Shown here: positions 1-14,377 of the stretch, piece by piece
Position numbering within the stretch: position 1 is the stretch's first letter
Layout of the letters: each line of letters starts with the position of its first letter
DNA from: the human T2T-CHM13v2.0 reference genome, Homo sapiens
Strand: one strand, 5' to 3'
Length of the DNA stretch: 64,000 nucleotides
Assembly (NCBI RefSeq): GCF_009914755.1
Contig: NC_060925.1
Translations under genes and position numbers: made by a program
Notes under the pieces: generated by a model
Seen by the model: only the letters and a program-made list of their open reading frames with translations
The model's database searches: none
Told to the model about the DNA's origin: nothing

Positions 1-889
<889 letters not shown>

Positions 890-2925
890 GAAGCCTTGCA
901 GTAGTGTAGACATTATCCAGCTTCCTGGGCTTTTTTCACTTTGTGTTGAAGGGTACACATTGGATGAGATATCATTCATCCTCAGGAGAGGGTTTAGTTT
1001 AATATTGACCATCCTTAGGAAGCTTTGTTGGAGGAAAAAGAATACTTGAATTTGTACCTGACTCTTACTTCTGCCCACGTCTTTCACTACAGTATACTCC
1101 AAGCTTGTACTATATGATCTTCCCTGCTGTTTAGTTTATATAACACTGTTTTTTCAGACCTCAATGTAGCATCTTTCATTTCCCTCCTACATCACCATGT
1201 CCACATTAAATCTCAGCTTCTGGAAAACAGAGGTGAGTTGCTAAATATATCTTAAGCTCACTTTAGCCACCATCTTCAATGCCTTATTCTCTTTGCCTTC
1301 TTTTTTCCTCTCATTTTTGGCTGAAATACTAGAACTGATTTTCATAGAACCAAAGGTTTATAGGAAATAATCTACCATTAAGTGGCAGTTATAAAGACTT
1401 TTCATATTCAGCATGTAAAGTATGTTAAAGATGCAGGCTCTGGATTATTTAATTTTATATTTTGTTTCTGTTTCATTTGCAATTTGGTATTTTCATTCTG
1501 TTTGATGCCTTAGTTGAAGAATTGGAAAGAACATGAAAACCTCAAATCACATTTATTTGGCTCTTTCAGTTTCAGTGGGGAAAAAAATTGAAAATATCTG
1601 CTAAAATGACATTGTATACTTTCTAATGCAAACTAATTTTTATCTGCAATTCATTTTTCAGATTTTAATTTAAGGATGTATATGTGTATTGAGAGGCCAA
1701 GTAAGGCATATAACCATTTCCATTCTAAAAGCTTCATAATTTCTCTTAGTATGTGAGTTATTAATGCTTCCCCTAAAGATAAATTATCCCAGAACTCTTC
1801 CATTTTTCTCTAGTTCACATTCTCTGACATATAGCTATATCTGCACTGTTTCCCCTCCCTCACCTACCAATAGGCCTTTAACAGGAGGCAGCTATCATCA
1901 TTCATTGATATTATTGAGTGTAGTGTAGTATGAAGTGTTCCAGAATATCTCCATGTGACTACCCCTATTCTATGATGTAAGTGAAAGATTGATAAGTTGT
2001 CAGAATTATGCAATTGACAGTTCTGTGTTTGAGAGGCTGAAGTCATAGCTTGCAGATGGTTTCGGTGCGGTACAGGTTGGTGGACCTCACTGCCCCCACT
2101 TTCTGCACTCTATCTAGGTTCTAAAAGAGATTCTTAACCACTTGCTATTTATCATGCAGAGATTTGCTTATCAAAAATGTATACCATTTTCCATTGAGAA
2201 ATTGTATATCACTGCTTTGCAGCTAGTGATACTTAGGTTTATCAAATTCTATATTAACCAGTTTTAGACATATTAAAATATACTTATATAATTTTTCATA
2301 TTAATTTTTGTGTACGTTAATTCCAATAAGTTAAATATTTAGAAATTTTAAATATTTTGACCTGTATTACATCTCTAATTTTATTAATCTTTTTATCAAC
2401 AAGCTTGTGATATCTGCTCTTAACTCTTAAATATCTTCTGATAACCATCACCTTTTTAAAAATCATTTTGGTTTTAAATATTACTTTTTATTTGTTGAGT
2501 CATTAATAAAAATAAACTTTGATGAACAGCAAGCCTCTGAGAAGAAAACATTTGATATGCTGGAATGTTCCTGTATTGCCTGCTTTAGCATGTGTGTTGG
2601 CAGGGTGTAGATACATACACCCCCACAACGACCCTCCTCCCACCCTATGTAAATGTACTCACTCTACAGCATTGTAAAGGATTTCATTGTGCCATTTTGT
2701 TTTCAGAATCATCTTTCACTCTTTTGTGAGTATAATGATAGTAGCTGTCTCTATGATGAATTTTAATAGTTACAGATTACAGTATACTTTCCTTAGTCCA
2801 AACCTGTGTTTCAAGCTCTGTAAAAGTGGTTTTAGGTTTTTAAATTCCTATCTTGGAAATATTTTGCTATCATCAAATTTCATTTTCTTTAAATTGTATA
2901 TAATGAGTGTGTTCTCCCTTTTTAG

Positions 2926-3011
2926 GTGCGCTTTGTAAAGAATATAACTTCCTGGAAAGAGATGAAACCAGGATTTTATCATGGACACGTTTCTTACTTG
3001 GATTTTGCAAA
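2926..3011 (+). CDS. HS2ST1: HS2ST1 coding exon (exon 3; VRFVKNITSWKEMKPGFYHGHVSYLDFAK)
   Basis: tttag|GTG acceptor and AA|gtaagt donor; 86 nt, phase 0 to 2. The translation matches the recalled HS2ST1 sequence, including the HGH motif (H140/H142) and an NIT sequon. Confidence 0.97.
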
Positions 3012-3170
3012 GTAAGTTACACTGAAATGACACGCTAAAGAATGCTTTGTACTCTAGTAACCTAAAAAGGAATAAATTCATTAAATTGTTATGATTTTCT
3101 AATAAAAGAATGTACTGTCTTGCCTTTGCCAGTTTTAGATCTGTAATTTAAATATACCTTCTTAGTGTTT

Positions 3171-3189
3171 TACTGCCCTCTAGTGTTCA
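3171..3189 (-). promoter_or_regulatory. CTCF-like motif
   Basis: The reverse complement TGAACACTAGAGGGCAGTA is a close match to the CTCF core CCASYAGRKGGCRS. Confidence 0.55.
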
Positions 3190-3499
3190 TAAATTGGCAA
3201 TTCTTATATTAATTACATATTAGTTATTACTCTTTAAAGTTTATTATTATTGTGTGTATATGCCTTGTACAACCAGAATGACACTACTTCAGGAGAGCTC
3301 AAGTTATAACCTAGAGGCCAGATTATGACTTACCACATCATTGAGAAAGCAAAAAAGCTCTCACTAAGTTATTGGTGCTCCAGTGTGTCTGCTTCTCACC
3401 CAAGACATACTGAAGTGTACACTTTCCCTTGGGCTACCTTATTTTAGCTTTAAAATTATGATGTATTACGAGGCTTTTTTAAAAAAAATTCATGATTTC

Positions 3500-3600
3500 C
3501 TCTCTCACCCCCCCTCTCCTTCTCCCTCTCTCCCTCTCTCCTTCTCTCTTGCTCTCTCTCCCTCCCTGTCACTCACTCACTCACTCACTCACTCACTCAC
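3500..3600. repeat. (TC)-rich plus (TCAC)n simple repeat
   Basis: A CT-rich run followed by about 8 copies of tcac. Confidence 0.9.
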
Positions 3601-3676
3601 TCCTGGACTCAGGTGATCCTCCTGCCTCAGCCTCCCAAAGTGCTGGGATTATAGGCATGAGCCACTGTGCCCGGCC
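3599..3676 (-). mobile_element. Alu/FLAM 5' fragment
   Basis: gatcctcctgcctcagcctcccaaagtgctgggattataggcatgagccactgtgcccggcc. Confidence 0.85.
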
Positions 3677-4916
3677 TCTGTCATATTAATAGTTCTCTCA
3701 AGAAGGGTTCAGAAAACTATATGCCTACTCACAGTATTCAAGTACTATGTGGCTTTCTGTACAGTCTGTGCCACATTATTAATCAGAAAATTAATTAAAC
3801 TTAATATTCCAAACATAACAGTCTTATGGATACATTTGAACTTTTTTGGTAGTACACATAGTACCATTGTAGTAAACCTCAAATCCAAATGTTTTCCCTA
3901 AGATTCTGCATTAACTTCAAAAACACTAAAAACATTTTTTTTATTATTTAGCTTAGACATGTTTATTCAGTTTTTAAATTAGCTATTATGATTTCAGAGT
4001 AACACACCTTGATATATTGGTCAACTTTAAAAGGCATTTTTTATAAAATTTAAAATAAAAGTGATATCCCACTCTCAGTTTTACTTAATTTTGAAAAGAA
4101 AAAGTAGAATGAAGTATTACTGATTCAAACTGATAATCTTAACTTTTTGGGAAATCATGTAATTAAAAAAGAATCACCCAAATATTACATACATAAAGTG
4201 ATATGTTCCTATTTCTAGTTCCTCTCATAGTACTCAAGATCTTTCAATCAAATTGTAGCTCTAAAGTTAGATGTATGTTTTTCTATAAATAATTCATACT
4301 GCAATATTGAAAATATTTTATAGGCAGCTTTAAAATAAACTAATTATTTTTTTCTTTGCATAGGCATTGAACCAATTTCATAAGCTTCGTTCATGTGCAT
4401 ATTTTCCCTCAGGGCTGCATTATCCTTGAATTGAATGTTTGTTACCCTTTCACCTAAATGATTTATTCTTTCCACACACAGCTTGGTTTCTAATAGTCTA
4501 GGTTTTCATTATTAAAATTATAAATTGAGTGCTTTTGCTTTTGGCAAAGTCTTATACTTAGAACAAAGCTCTGATATATGCTGAGGTTCTTGTAGTTGAA
4601 AAAATAAGGCTTTTTGAAGAGATTAATCTCATTTATTAAATGCTGACATGAATTTTTAAGCGTTTGAATATTTTCATAGTGAGTCTTATGTTATTTGAAG
4701 GGAAAAGTATTGTGAAAATTTTTCATAGATTTTTCCAAGATTTTAAATACCTAAACAAAATCAGCCTAGGTGAAATGTATTTTGATGTATCTATGTAATC
4801 AAGAACTGTTGTAGATGTAACTAGTATCCTCAAATATCTTTTAGCTTAATAGCCATATGCTCCATAAATGGGGAAGGAAAAGGAAAGAAACATCGCCTTA
4901 CCAATTTTTTAGATTA

Positions 4917-5143
4917 CAGTCGTTCCTGGGGTATGTCCAGGGTATTGGTTCTCGGACTGCCTGAGTATATAAAAATCGCATACTCAAGTCCCTCCGTTGG
5001 CCCTGTGAAACCCACGAATTTGAAAGTCACCCCTTGTACACGGGTTTCACATCTCTCAAGTACTGTATCTGTGTGTGGTTGAAAAAAATCTATGTATGCA
5101 TGGGCCTGCACAGTTCAGACTCGTGTTGTTCAAGGGTCAATTG
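4917..5143. mobile_element. MER8-like TcMar-Tigger MITE
   Basis: TA-cagtcgttcc ... gttcaagggtcaattg termini; the internal sequence matches recalled MER8 (catactcaagtcc, ggttgaaaaaaatc). Confidence 0.8.
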
Positions 5144-6599
5144 TGCTTTACTCTTCAAAACAATATTCTTGACTGGCATAGTACTTTGTGGAGTCCAGTA
5201 AAATACTTGCTTTCAGGAGAAAGTGGTGAATTTGGCAAAATACTTATTTAACACATAGTTTTTTTAAACTTACCTTATCAGAGACATTAAAACGAATGTA
5301 AGCCCCAAGAAACCTAGGAAATAAGATAGAGAAATAAAAAATGAACGCTCCTTTCTAGTTTAGCCCGACCACGAAGAAATACACATTATATTTGCAAGCT
5401 TGTCTACTCAAGCCATGTTTTGATTACATACATTTGTTTTTTACTGAACTTTAGAATAATAACAAAAATATCTTTTTTACATTTTTGCATTCCTATCCCA
5501 TCTTGCTCCTTTTTGTCTGAATCTTATTCTTTGATTTTTTTAAAGTATATTTCCTAGTTCTTCTTCCTTTCCATTTTTCCCTTTAATGTTAGGTTATGTT
5601 TTGTTTTCTTTTTAATTGGTGAATGATACAATTTTAAGATAATGTAGATATAAATTATTATAAATTTGAAAATTTTCCAGTTTAAAATTGTATATAGGTT
5701 GGACATTTTCAAAATGTCATAGTATGCAGGAAATATAAAGTTGAGTAAGTTGCAGTTCTTGACCTTAATGAGTTCACTGAAATCTTTTTTTCTGTAATTA
5801 CCAGTTCATGAAGTTTTATTATAAACAGTAAAAATATTAAATATTCCTCCCCTTTTAAATGTGCACTATTTATTTTTTAATAGCATCTATTAGCCCATTT
5901 TGATTTTCTTCAAACTTTAGAAAATTAAAATGTTAGAAGTCTCTTTCAAAAACACTTCTTCAGCAATAAACATTTTCATTTATAATGAATAATAGCTAAA
6001 AGAACACTTTTAATGCTGTACTTTCTGTCAGACTCTGCTAAGTTTTTTATGATCTAGCTACCTCAGTGTCACATGTCAGCATCTGTCTTGAGAGGTATTT
6101 GAAAATTATTTTTGATATAACAGTTTTATTCAGGCACGTATCAGGTATGTACCTTTGTAGTTGTCCCTAGAAATGAGAATGAGTTTTCATTGCTGCCATT
6201 TTGGTTCCTCCATATTGCCGCTAGTATCATTTTCAGAACAAGTGAGGTGAATCAGTAAAGAAGCAGCTATGTCACGACAAGAAACAACTAAATGCTTCAT
6301 TAGGTCTGAAATTCTAAACAGTAATCAAGTGACAACATTTTAGGCCTAAATAGAATTAGTTAATATATAGAGTCATGTGAGATTGTCCTTTCTACCTAAT
6401 ACTTCTCTGCTAAACCAGTTGACGTTTGCCCCATTTTCTACAACTTTTAACAAATATGTCACAACATTGTAGATACTTTAGAAAATTATTTTAATCATTC
6501 CAGACAATATGTGGGAGTTGCGTTTTTATTAACCTTGTACTACTAGCTCTTTCTACAGCATTGATCCTGTAGACTGCTAAGAAGCAATCTCTGAAGTCT

Positions 6600-6810
6600 G
6601 TCTCTAAAGTCAGACAGATCTGCCATTAAATCCACTTAGACTCCTTGCTAGCTGTGTGATCTCACCCACATTGTTTCAGATCTTTGAGCTTCAGTGTCCT
6701 GTTTTTAATTTGAGAATAATTAAAGTAATTACTTCATGGGGTGGTGGTGAGGATTAAATGTGATAATGTAGATGGAGCACTTAGTTCTGTGCCTCACGCA
6801 GAGCAGTATG
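6600..6810 (+). mobile_element. MIR
   Basis: ctagctgtgtga ... gtgaggattaaatg ... gcacttag, a MIR core and tail. Confidence 0.7.
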
Positions 6811-7084
6811 GTGATTCTTTTTAAAATTCTGTCTTCTTTCAGTTACCATATTGTCTTAACTGGTGTTTTCTTCTTCTCCTTGTCTGAATCTCTGCTGGTC
6901 CTTATTTCCAACTCTTAATTGGGCATTGTATAAGACTCTTAGCCTCCATTATTCTCTTTTGGAAGGTTTACACATTTTTGTCTGTCATGACACCCAAACA
7001 AGAAACTTTCAAGTAATCTTGGACAACTTTTTTTTATCACCACCTATATCTTATCAGTCATCAAGTCTTTTGAGTGTCTTCTTT

Positions 7085-7500
7085 CATTTAACATGATGCT
7101 TTTGACATTCATCTAATTTGATGCACATATCAGTAGTTAGTTCCTTGCTAAGTAGTACTTCATGTATGGGTGTACTTCGATTGATCCATTCACCAGTTTC
7201 TGGATATTGAGGTTGTTTATGGCTTTTGGTGATTATGAATAAAGCTGTCAAAACATTTGCATACAGGTTTTGTGCGGACTTATGTCTTAACTTCTCTTGG
7301 ATAAAAACCTCAAAGTGGGATGGCTGGATTGTATGGTAACTCAATAAGAAACTGCCAAACTGTTTTCCCAAGTGATTGTATCATTTTGCCACCAAACCAA
7401 CAGTGTTTTAAGAGTTCCAGCTGTTGTGTATCCTCACTAGCATTTGAAATTGTTAGACTTGCTCTTTATTACAAAATGTGAGCCATTCTAATAGGTGCAC
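7085..7500 (-). mobile_element. Old L1M 3' region fragment
   Basis: ttatgaataaagctg, aagaaactgccaaactgttttccc and ccattctaatagg are typical of antisense L1M 3' ends. Confidence 0.75.
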
Positions 7501-9334
7501 AGTTGATGAATGCCCCTTTTTAAGACATAAATTACTTTAAAAATATTTATTTACACTATCATCAGTGAGACCAACAAATACCAACAGGTCATTCACTTTT
7601 TTGGATACAGGACAGTGGGACCTTGCCACTAGGATTAGAAAGTTTCTATGAAGCTTTAGGTCTGAGAGAGTCCAGAATAACTATGTACAATGTCTCCAGC
7701 AAGATTGTTGCCTAAGTAGAGAAGTTAAATTTAGTATGAAGCAGAAAGATTTCAAAACATAATGATTCCCAAAGGCCATTCAGCCCTCTTTCAGGTTCAT
7801 CACCTCCTTTTTTGACTTTTTCCAGCCAGTTGACAAGGTTCCTTACAAATGTTCTGAGTGTGCAGTTGATCTTTTAACCATTATTGTTGTTCATTTGCAT
7901 ATTGATACTGTTCACTTGATAGGCTATTGATAGAATGTAATTGTAAAAAAATGAGCCTAGTTTATGTTCTTGCTTTGTCACACTTCGTATGCTGACATGG
8001 CAAGAATGAAATTCCTAAAATATCTTTTTACCAACCTGCTGCTCAGATTATATCTTTTCGTTTCTGATTTTCATCTGCAGATTCCTACCAAATATGCTCT
8101 TCTTTTCCCAGGAAGATCGTGTTCTAACAGGTCAACAGTAGTTTATTTTCTGCTAGTAGAAATGGGTTTTTATTCTTCTACCTGAGCTTTGTTGAGAAAT
8201 AGCTGAAATGATTGACCAGAGTTAAAGGTGAGGTCTGACCACAGACTTCCTATATAAACTAGCTCCTATAGAAACTAGCTGGTTGGCAAAAGAGTAAAAC
8301 CAGCAAACCTCGTTAGCTCTTGTTTTCTAACTGGCTGAGCTGTGTGGTCCAGTTGCTATTTTTAATCATGCCCATTATCTGTTATAATCCCTTGCCTCCA
8401 GCCCTTCGTGTCTATATAACTGTTCCCTAAGTTACATATCATAGTTCATATCCATTTTCAAAATGAGTTCACAGATTATATCTCATTAAAATCATACTTC
8501 CTAATAAATGCCACCCAAAGCCATTCCACACATAGATAGTCATTTTCCTGGACAGCAAAAAGAGTTTTGTAAAATGCCATATTCCCTTTTACTGCTGCCT
8601 GGTAATTGCTGTCTGCTCCACATGTCAGGGACTAGGGGAAAGGAGGAAACATTGGTAGGAGATGTTCTTCTGCGAGGAGATTATTCTCAAAGGAATGGCT
8701 CAGGATGGAGCAGTGGCTAATAATGGAGAGGATAGAGAGGATTCCCAGGAATCTCAGTCTTAAGAATGGAATCACTAACCCATTGTCCTGTAATCTCTCC
8801 TTGTAGTTTCCTATTAAAAACCTCTCAGCTCTGTGAGCTAAGGGAGCAGCAATATATTGCTGTTGCCTCCTTACTTTCTTACTACTCAGTGTACTCTCTG
8901 GCAGGAAGGCTTTTGTTAGTGGCTAATTCACAACGGTCTCCTCAACCTAATTCTATTAATATTCAGCACCTGTGTGTTGGGCACAGTGCTGAGCATTAGT
9001 GATAAAGCCATGAACAAGAGAGAAATGGTCCCTGCCCCGGTGGAACTTCTACTCTAATACCGAATGTGACAGTGCTATGTATTTGCAACAGTACTGTCCT
9101 TCTTTTAAAAAAAACTGTGAAAGAAAATTTTACTGCACTATTGGTACTATGCCTACCCTCAGGTGACTTATAATGCTGTTGGGGAGAAAGACTTACAGGA
9201 GAAACACTAGTAGGATAAGCTAAGAGTTAAGTTGCTTGATAGCTCTTAGGTGCAGGATGTGTCAAATGAAAGCACATAGAACTGTATGCTAGAGTCATCA
9301 GGAAGAGAGGTCACAAGATTTTGTTGTAGCCCCT

Positions 9335-9952
9335 CTGTTTATTCCAAAACAGCAGCCAATGACCTTTTAATATGAGTTGTGTCATGGTAATTCTCTGTTT
9401 AAATCTTTCAGTGGCCTCCCTCCTGACTCTGTATAAAGTAATGCTTGTAACAGTATAGAAGACCCACACAGTCTGCACTCACTCCACCTCACCCCCACCT
9501 CTCTTATCTTCCATGGTATTCCCTTTTTGATTCTACAGGCAGCTTGATCTCCTTGCTGTTCCTCAAAACACCTGGCACTTAGCTGCCTCAAGGACCTCTT
9601 AGTTGGAAATCCCATCTTTCCAGAACACTTTCTCACAGATGTTTGCATGGTACCTTCCTCATTACATAAGACTAGTGATGTCTTCCCAAAAAACACAATT
9701 TTGAATTGTATTCTCCCTCACCTCCCTAGCACTCCTTATTCCCTTTCACTGAATTATTTTTCTCCTTTGCACTTTTTACCATCTGTTATATATGCTTATT
9801 TGTTTATTGCCTATCTGTCCCAAGTAGAATGTTAGCTCTAGAAGGACAAGAAATTTAGTCTTTTTGTTCATTGCTGTATTCCTAGTACCTAGAATAGTAT
9901 TATATCTGGCAATATTGGGTTCATACAAAAAGTATTTTTGAAGGAATTAATG
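9335..9952 (+). mobile_element. L2 3' end fragment
   Basis: cagtggcctccc ... tagaatgttagctc ... gttcattgctgtattcctagtacctagaatagt, L2 3'-terminal motifs. Confidence 0.7.
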
Positions 9953-11256
9953 TAGAAAAAAGAAAAATGAGAGCGGCACTCAAGGAAGACAGAATAAGCA
10001 AAGATATATAAAGAGAAATAGAATAAGTATTGATATGGGAGGAGATAAAAGAGGCCAACCTAACTATAACAGATAAATGGTTTCTTGTTTGAGGAGAGTT
10101 AAAGAAAAAGTTAGATCAATAAGGTGGTACCTAAGACATAAGGTAAAAGAATCCTAAGACAACCAGCAAAGGAGTTTGGGTTTCATATCGATAAATCAGT
10201 AGAGTTATTTCAGATTCCTAAGAAGAGTGATTTAACAAATGATGTTTAGGAACATCCTTTGAGAATTGGTATGGAAGATAGATTGAAAGGGAGAGAAACT
10301 GAATGTTAGAAAACTATATTCTTGCAGTAATCTAAGCAAGCACTGAGAAAAAGGGAAGTGGTAAAGAGAAAGAATGATGAAGACAGGTCACATCTGCGAG
10401 AAAGCTTACAAAACAAATCAAAATGACTTTGAAATTTTATTAAATGAAGAATAATGGAAAAGTAAGAATCAAGATAGCTGTAACATTTTAAGACTGGGAC
10501 AAGGGTGTATAATAAAACAGGGAGCCAGTTGTACAGTTCTAGGGTTTGCAAGGGTTGCTAAAGTAAAATTCTTCAGTGTTCCATCAACTCTTTATCATTC
10601 CCTAAGGAAATAATGCTGAAAACCTAGTGTCTTTCACCTCTATCTTGTCTTTAAAATCAGCAACAGAAGGTAGATTGACATGTTCACACTTGTGTTCACT
10701 AATGCTGTATCCATTGATGGTGTTCAAAAAACACTATCAAATCTGGCTAGTGTGATGAGCCAGAAGTGAGAAATCATTGCTACATAGTTAATGCAGATTT
10801 GAAACTTTCTGTAGCAGCAGATGATTTATTCAGGAATGTAATAAAGCAATTTTTAAAATAAGTTTGCTTAAAAATTATAAATATTAAATTCTTTCCTAGT
10901 AATATGTGGGTACTAATTTGAGAGGGGATTTTCTACTTGGACTTAAAGTATAATGAAGGCATAGAAATAAAATGTTTTATATAATTCTTGCTGGTAAAGT
11001 TTAAAATTATTTTTCATTCATTTTTATCTCCTTTATCTTCAGACATAGTTTTTAAATTCATATTTCTTGTTTACTTTATTCTGACATGAATAATCATGAA
11101 ATAGTTCCCAATCGCCACATACACAAATTATTTAAATTAATTCATGTTCTTTTTTCCTTATAGGACCAGTACTTCAGACTTAAACATGTAATTTCAGGGC
11201 ACTCCTAAACAGATTGAAAATGTTGATTTCACCTTTGAAATTTTGTTGTATTTCAG

Positions 11257-11395
11257 ATTTGGTGTGAAGAAGAAACCAATTTACATTAATGTCATAAGGG
11301 ATCCTATTGAGAGGCTAGTTTCTTATTATTACTTTCTGAGATTTGGAGATGATTATAGACCAGGGTTACGGAGACGAAAACAAGGAGACAAAAAG
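11257..11395 (+). CDS. HS2ST1: HS2ST1 coding exon (exon 4; [46 protein letters not shown])
   Basis: tttcag|A acceptor and AAG|gtaata donor; 139 nt, phase 2 to 0. Contains the sulfotransferase 3'-phosphate-binding motif RDPxxRxxSYY. Confidence 0.98.
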
Positions 11396-11859
11396 GTAAT
11401 ATTTTAGTTTTAAGATTTTTATAAAGATAATTGTTTATGAACTGCAGTGAGCAATGTGCTTTTAAAATTTGTTGTTAATTATAAATTTATTACTTGCTTA
11501 TTGTGGAAATTTTGAAGAGAACCCAAAATATAAAGAAGCAAAATGAAGAAAATTATATAGCTGATATATTGTAATATACATTTTTTTGTGATTTTTAAAA
11601 ATATTTCTTTTCCAGGGCGGAATCGTGTTTTCTTTATGGTTCTATTAACAATTTTCTGTGCGATTATTGTAATTATTCACTAATATGATATATTTTTGTG
11701 TATTTTTTGGTTCTCTAAGTATTGATGGCAGTTTATATTTGTGATCATCAGTTTAAGGACACTATTTTGCTGAAGCAGCTATTTTTTTCTGGCAAGAAGA
11801 GAATAATGGCTCAACAAAGTTCTTAACAGGCTCAAATTTGGGTTGTCTTCCATTTCACT

Positions 11860-12440
11860 GCATTTTCTAGAGTATCACCAGAGTTACATTTCTAAGAAAT
11901 CAAACTGATTTGTCACTTCTCTGGTGGAAAACCTTTACTGGGACTTCATGCTCATGGATTAAGACATAGGAGACACAACTGGACACGATCTCAGACCTAG
12001 CTCTCCTGTCTGATTTTCCTTTAGGTGTCCAGTGCTTCGGCCACATGAAATGTCACCATCCTCTGAACTTATTGCTTAAGTTATTAATGCTTCATACTTT
12101 TTTACACATGTATTATTCCCTATATTGAGAATGCCTTTCCTTTACTCTGGAAAACTCTTTATCCACCTTTAAGATCTAGCTCAAACATGACCACTTCCGT
12201 AAAGTCTTTTCTGATGCCTCCAGGCAGTGAGTCATATCTCTTTCAGGGCTCCCAGAGCACTTCATTCAAAGCTCTCTTTTAAGCATTTATTTTGTGATAT
12301 TTGGATTACCAGTTTACCTACTGTCTTTTCCAAAATGTGGTGAATTTCCTGAAGCATATATTTAATTCATCTTCGTTTCCTCAGAATTTAGCATCATACC
12401 TAGGTTACCCGTAAGTGCTTAACAAATGGTTGAATGTGTG
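11860..12440 (+). mobile_element. L2 fragment
   Basis: aagatctagctcaaacatgaccacttcc ... gtgcttaacaaatggttgaatg, an L2 3' end. Confidence 0.6.
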
Positions 12441-13064
12441 AATTCTGCACATTTTAAACCTAAACTATTACACAGTAGTGATGCCAGATACTTGGTATGT
12501 TAATGATAATTAACATCCAACAGTATTTTTTTCTAAGTTAGTTATACCCTCTGTGTCACATGATGGGGGCAGTGGTTTTTTGTTTTGTTTTCCTTTTTAA
12601 TGATTTCTAGAAATTGCTGTTTCTTTAGTCTCAAAGCTTTAGGCAGAAGATACTGATCCAAACACAGATAACTAACCAAATCTGTTTTCTTAAATAATGC
12701 TATCTCTCAGCATTATTTAATCTTCTAGAAATATTTATTGTGGAGATTCTGCGAAGTTTTATAAAATCTATTAGTATAACTCTTATGACTTACTACTTTA
12801 GAATTTATTGATATTTATTTGTAAATTCACTTGTGCGCTTTCTTTTTATTTTTTATTTTAGCCCTACTTACACTAACTCTTGACTCAGTAAATGTTAGTA
12901 TCTGTCTCCCTCCTTTGACCAAAGTAATATTAGCGTCGGTGTTGGAAAGGAAAAGATTGCAGTCATGTAGGCCCCTATATCCATCATTTATCATTGTCAG
13001 CCCTGGATAGCATGGTTTTGTGGTTCCTAGCCTGTGTAGTTTGGGGGATTGGGTAATAATAACT

Positions 13065-13320
13065 AATAATAATTATTAACAGTAATAATAGCTCACATTT
13101 ACTGTGCACCATACCAAGCAGTGTTTTAAGTTATTTTATATGTATTTTTTCAGGTAGCTTGCGCAACAATTTTATGGGGTAGTTGCTGTTATTGTCCTCA
13201 TTTTACAGAAAAGGAAACTGTGGGGCACAGAAAGGCTAAGTATTTTGCACGGTGTCATTCAGCTAGTAAATGGTAGAGCTGGAATTTAAAACCAAGCACT
13301 CTAATTCCAGAGCCCATACA
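13065..13320 (-). mobile_element. MIR
   Basis: attgtcctcattttacagaaaaggaaactg ... cagctagtaaatggtagagctggaattt. Confidence 0.75.
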
Positions 13321-14377
13321 TCTTACATCCTTTGAAAAGAAGAGAAGAAATGCAACATGTCACTCGACATTTTTCTGTGAAACGTGATCCAAAGTTGCAT
13401 ATTCAATATTCACAAAAAAATCCAGGCAGCATTTTAACATCATCTCCCTTTCATGTTTGAAAGTTTTAGGTAGATAGGCCATCCTGGAGCTTTATCTGTT
13501 CTTCACCCTGACTATAATAAGGCCTGGGGTTTTGTTTTTTTATTTTTTAACTTCGTTATAAAATACACATTAATATGCCTGCTTATCTAGATGTAGTGTT
13601 GATAACATCAGCAAAATACTATTGCATTGTCTTACTTCTTATGAGGACAGGGCTGTCTGTAAATAATTGATTTATAAAAATAAGAAATTACTTTGTTTTG
13701 TGCTAGACAGAATGTACCTTTTCAGTCTTGAAACATATTGGTGATTAGACATTTTTAGTAATTTGGCTTGTTTCTTATGATACACATGTTGGTAACCTAA
13801 TGCTGATACCCTAATGAGTTAAGTGGTGTTTATTGCAAATAACTCCTTAATATCTTTAACTAGCAGGAGTTTTCATTAAACTCATCTGTAAAGTTGATAA
13901 GACTGCATACATATAACATTTCTAAAGCTGGACAGGTTTTAGAAAGATATTGGGTGTTAAAGGGTGGCCATGATTATGTTGGAAATACCTTGTAATGGCG
14001 CTTATTCTCAAAAATGTGTAGATAGCTTTATTTCTATAAAATTCTAGATTCTTTGCACCTCAAGTGATATTTTGAGGTGTATTAAACAGTATTCAGTTCA
14101 GCACTTATGGCAACTATTATGTTTTAAACTGACGTACTCTAGTAATCTGAACTGCTCCGTGGTTACACTTCAAACACATTTTAGATATATGTGCACCTGC
14201 ACCTAGGATAGCTTTCACTTGATCTTGTAAAGAATGGAAGGCTTTTGATTTGGGAGATTTCAAATTTGCATATTTTAGAACTAGAGTTTTATTTAATTTA
14301 ACCTTTGCCCAGTACCTGGGAAAATAGGGATATTAAGTAATCCAAAGATGAGCATTGAATAACTATATCAATCAAAT

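Noticed and set aside
2848-3081. Minus-strand 77-aa ORF over exon 3
   Set aside because: Antisense shadow of the coding exon with no independent support.
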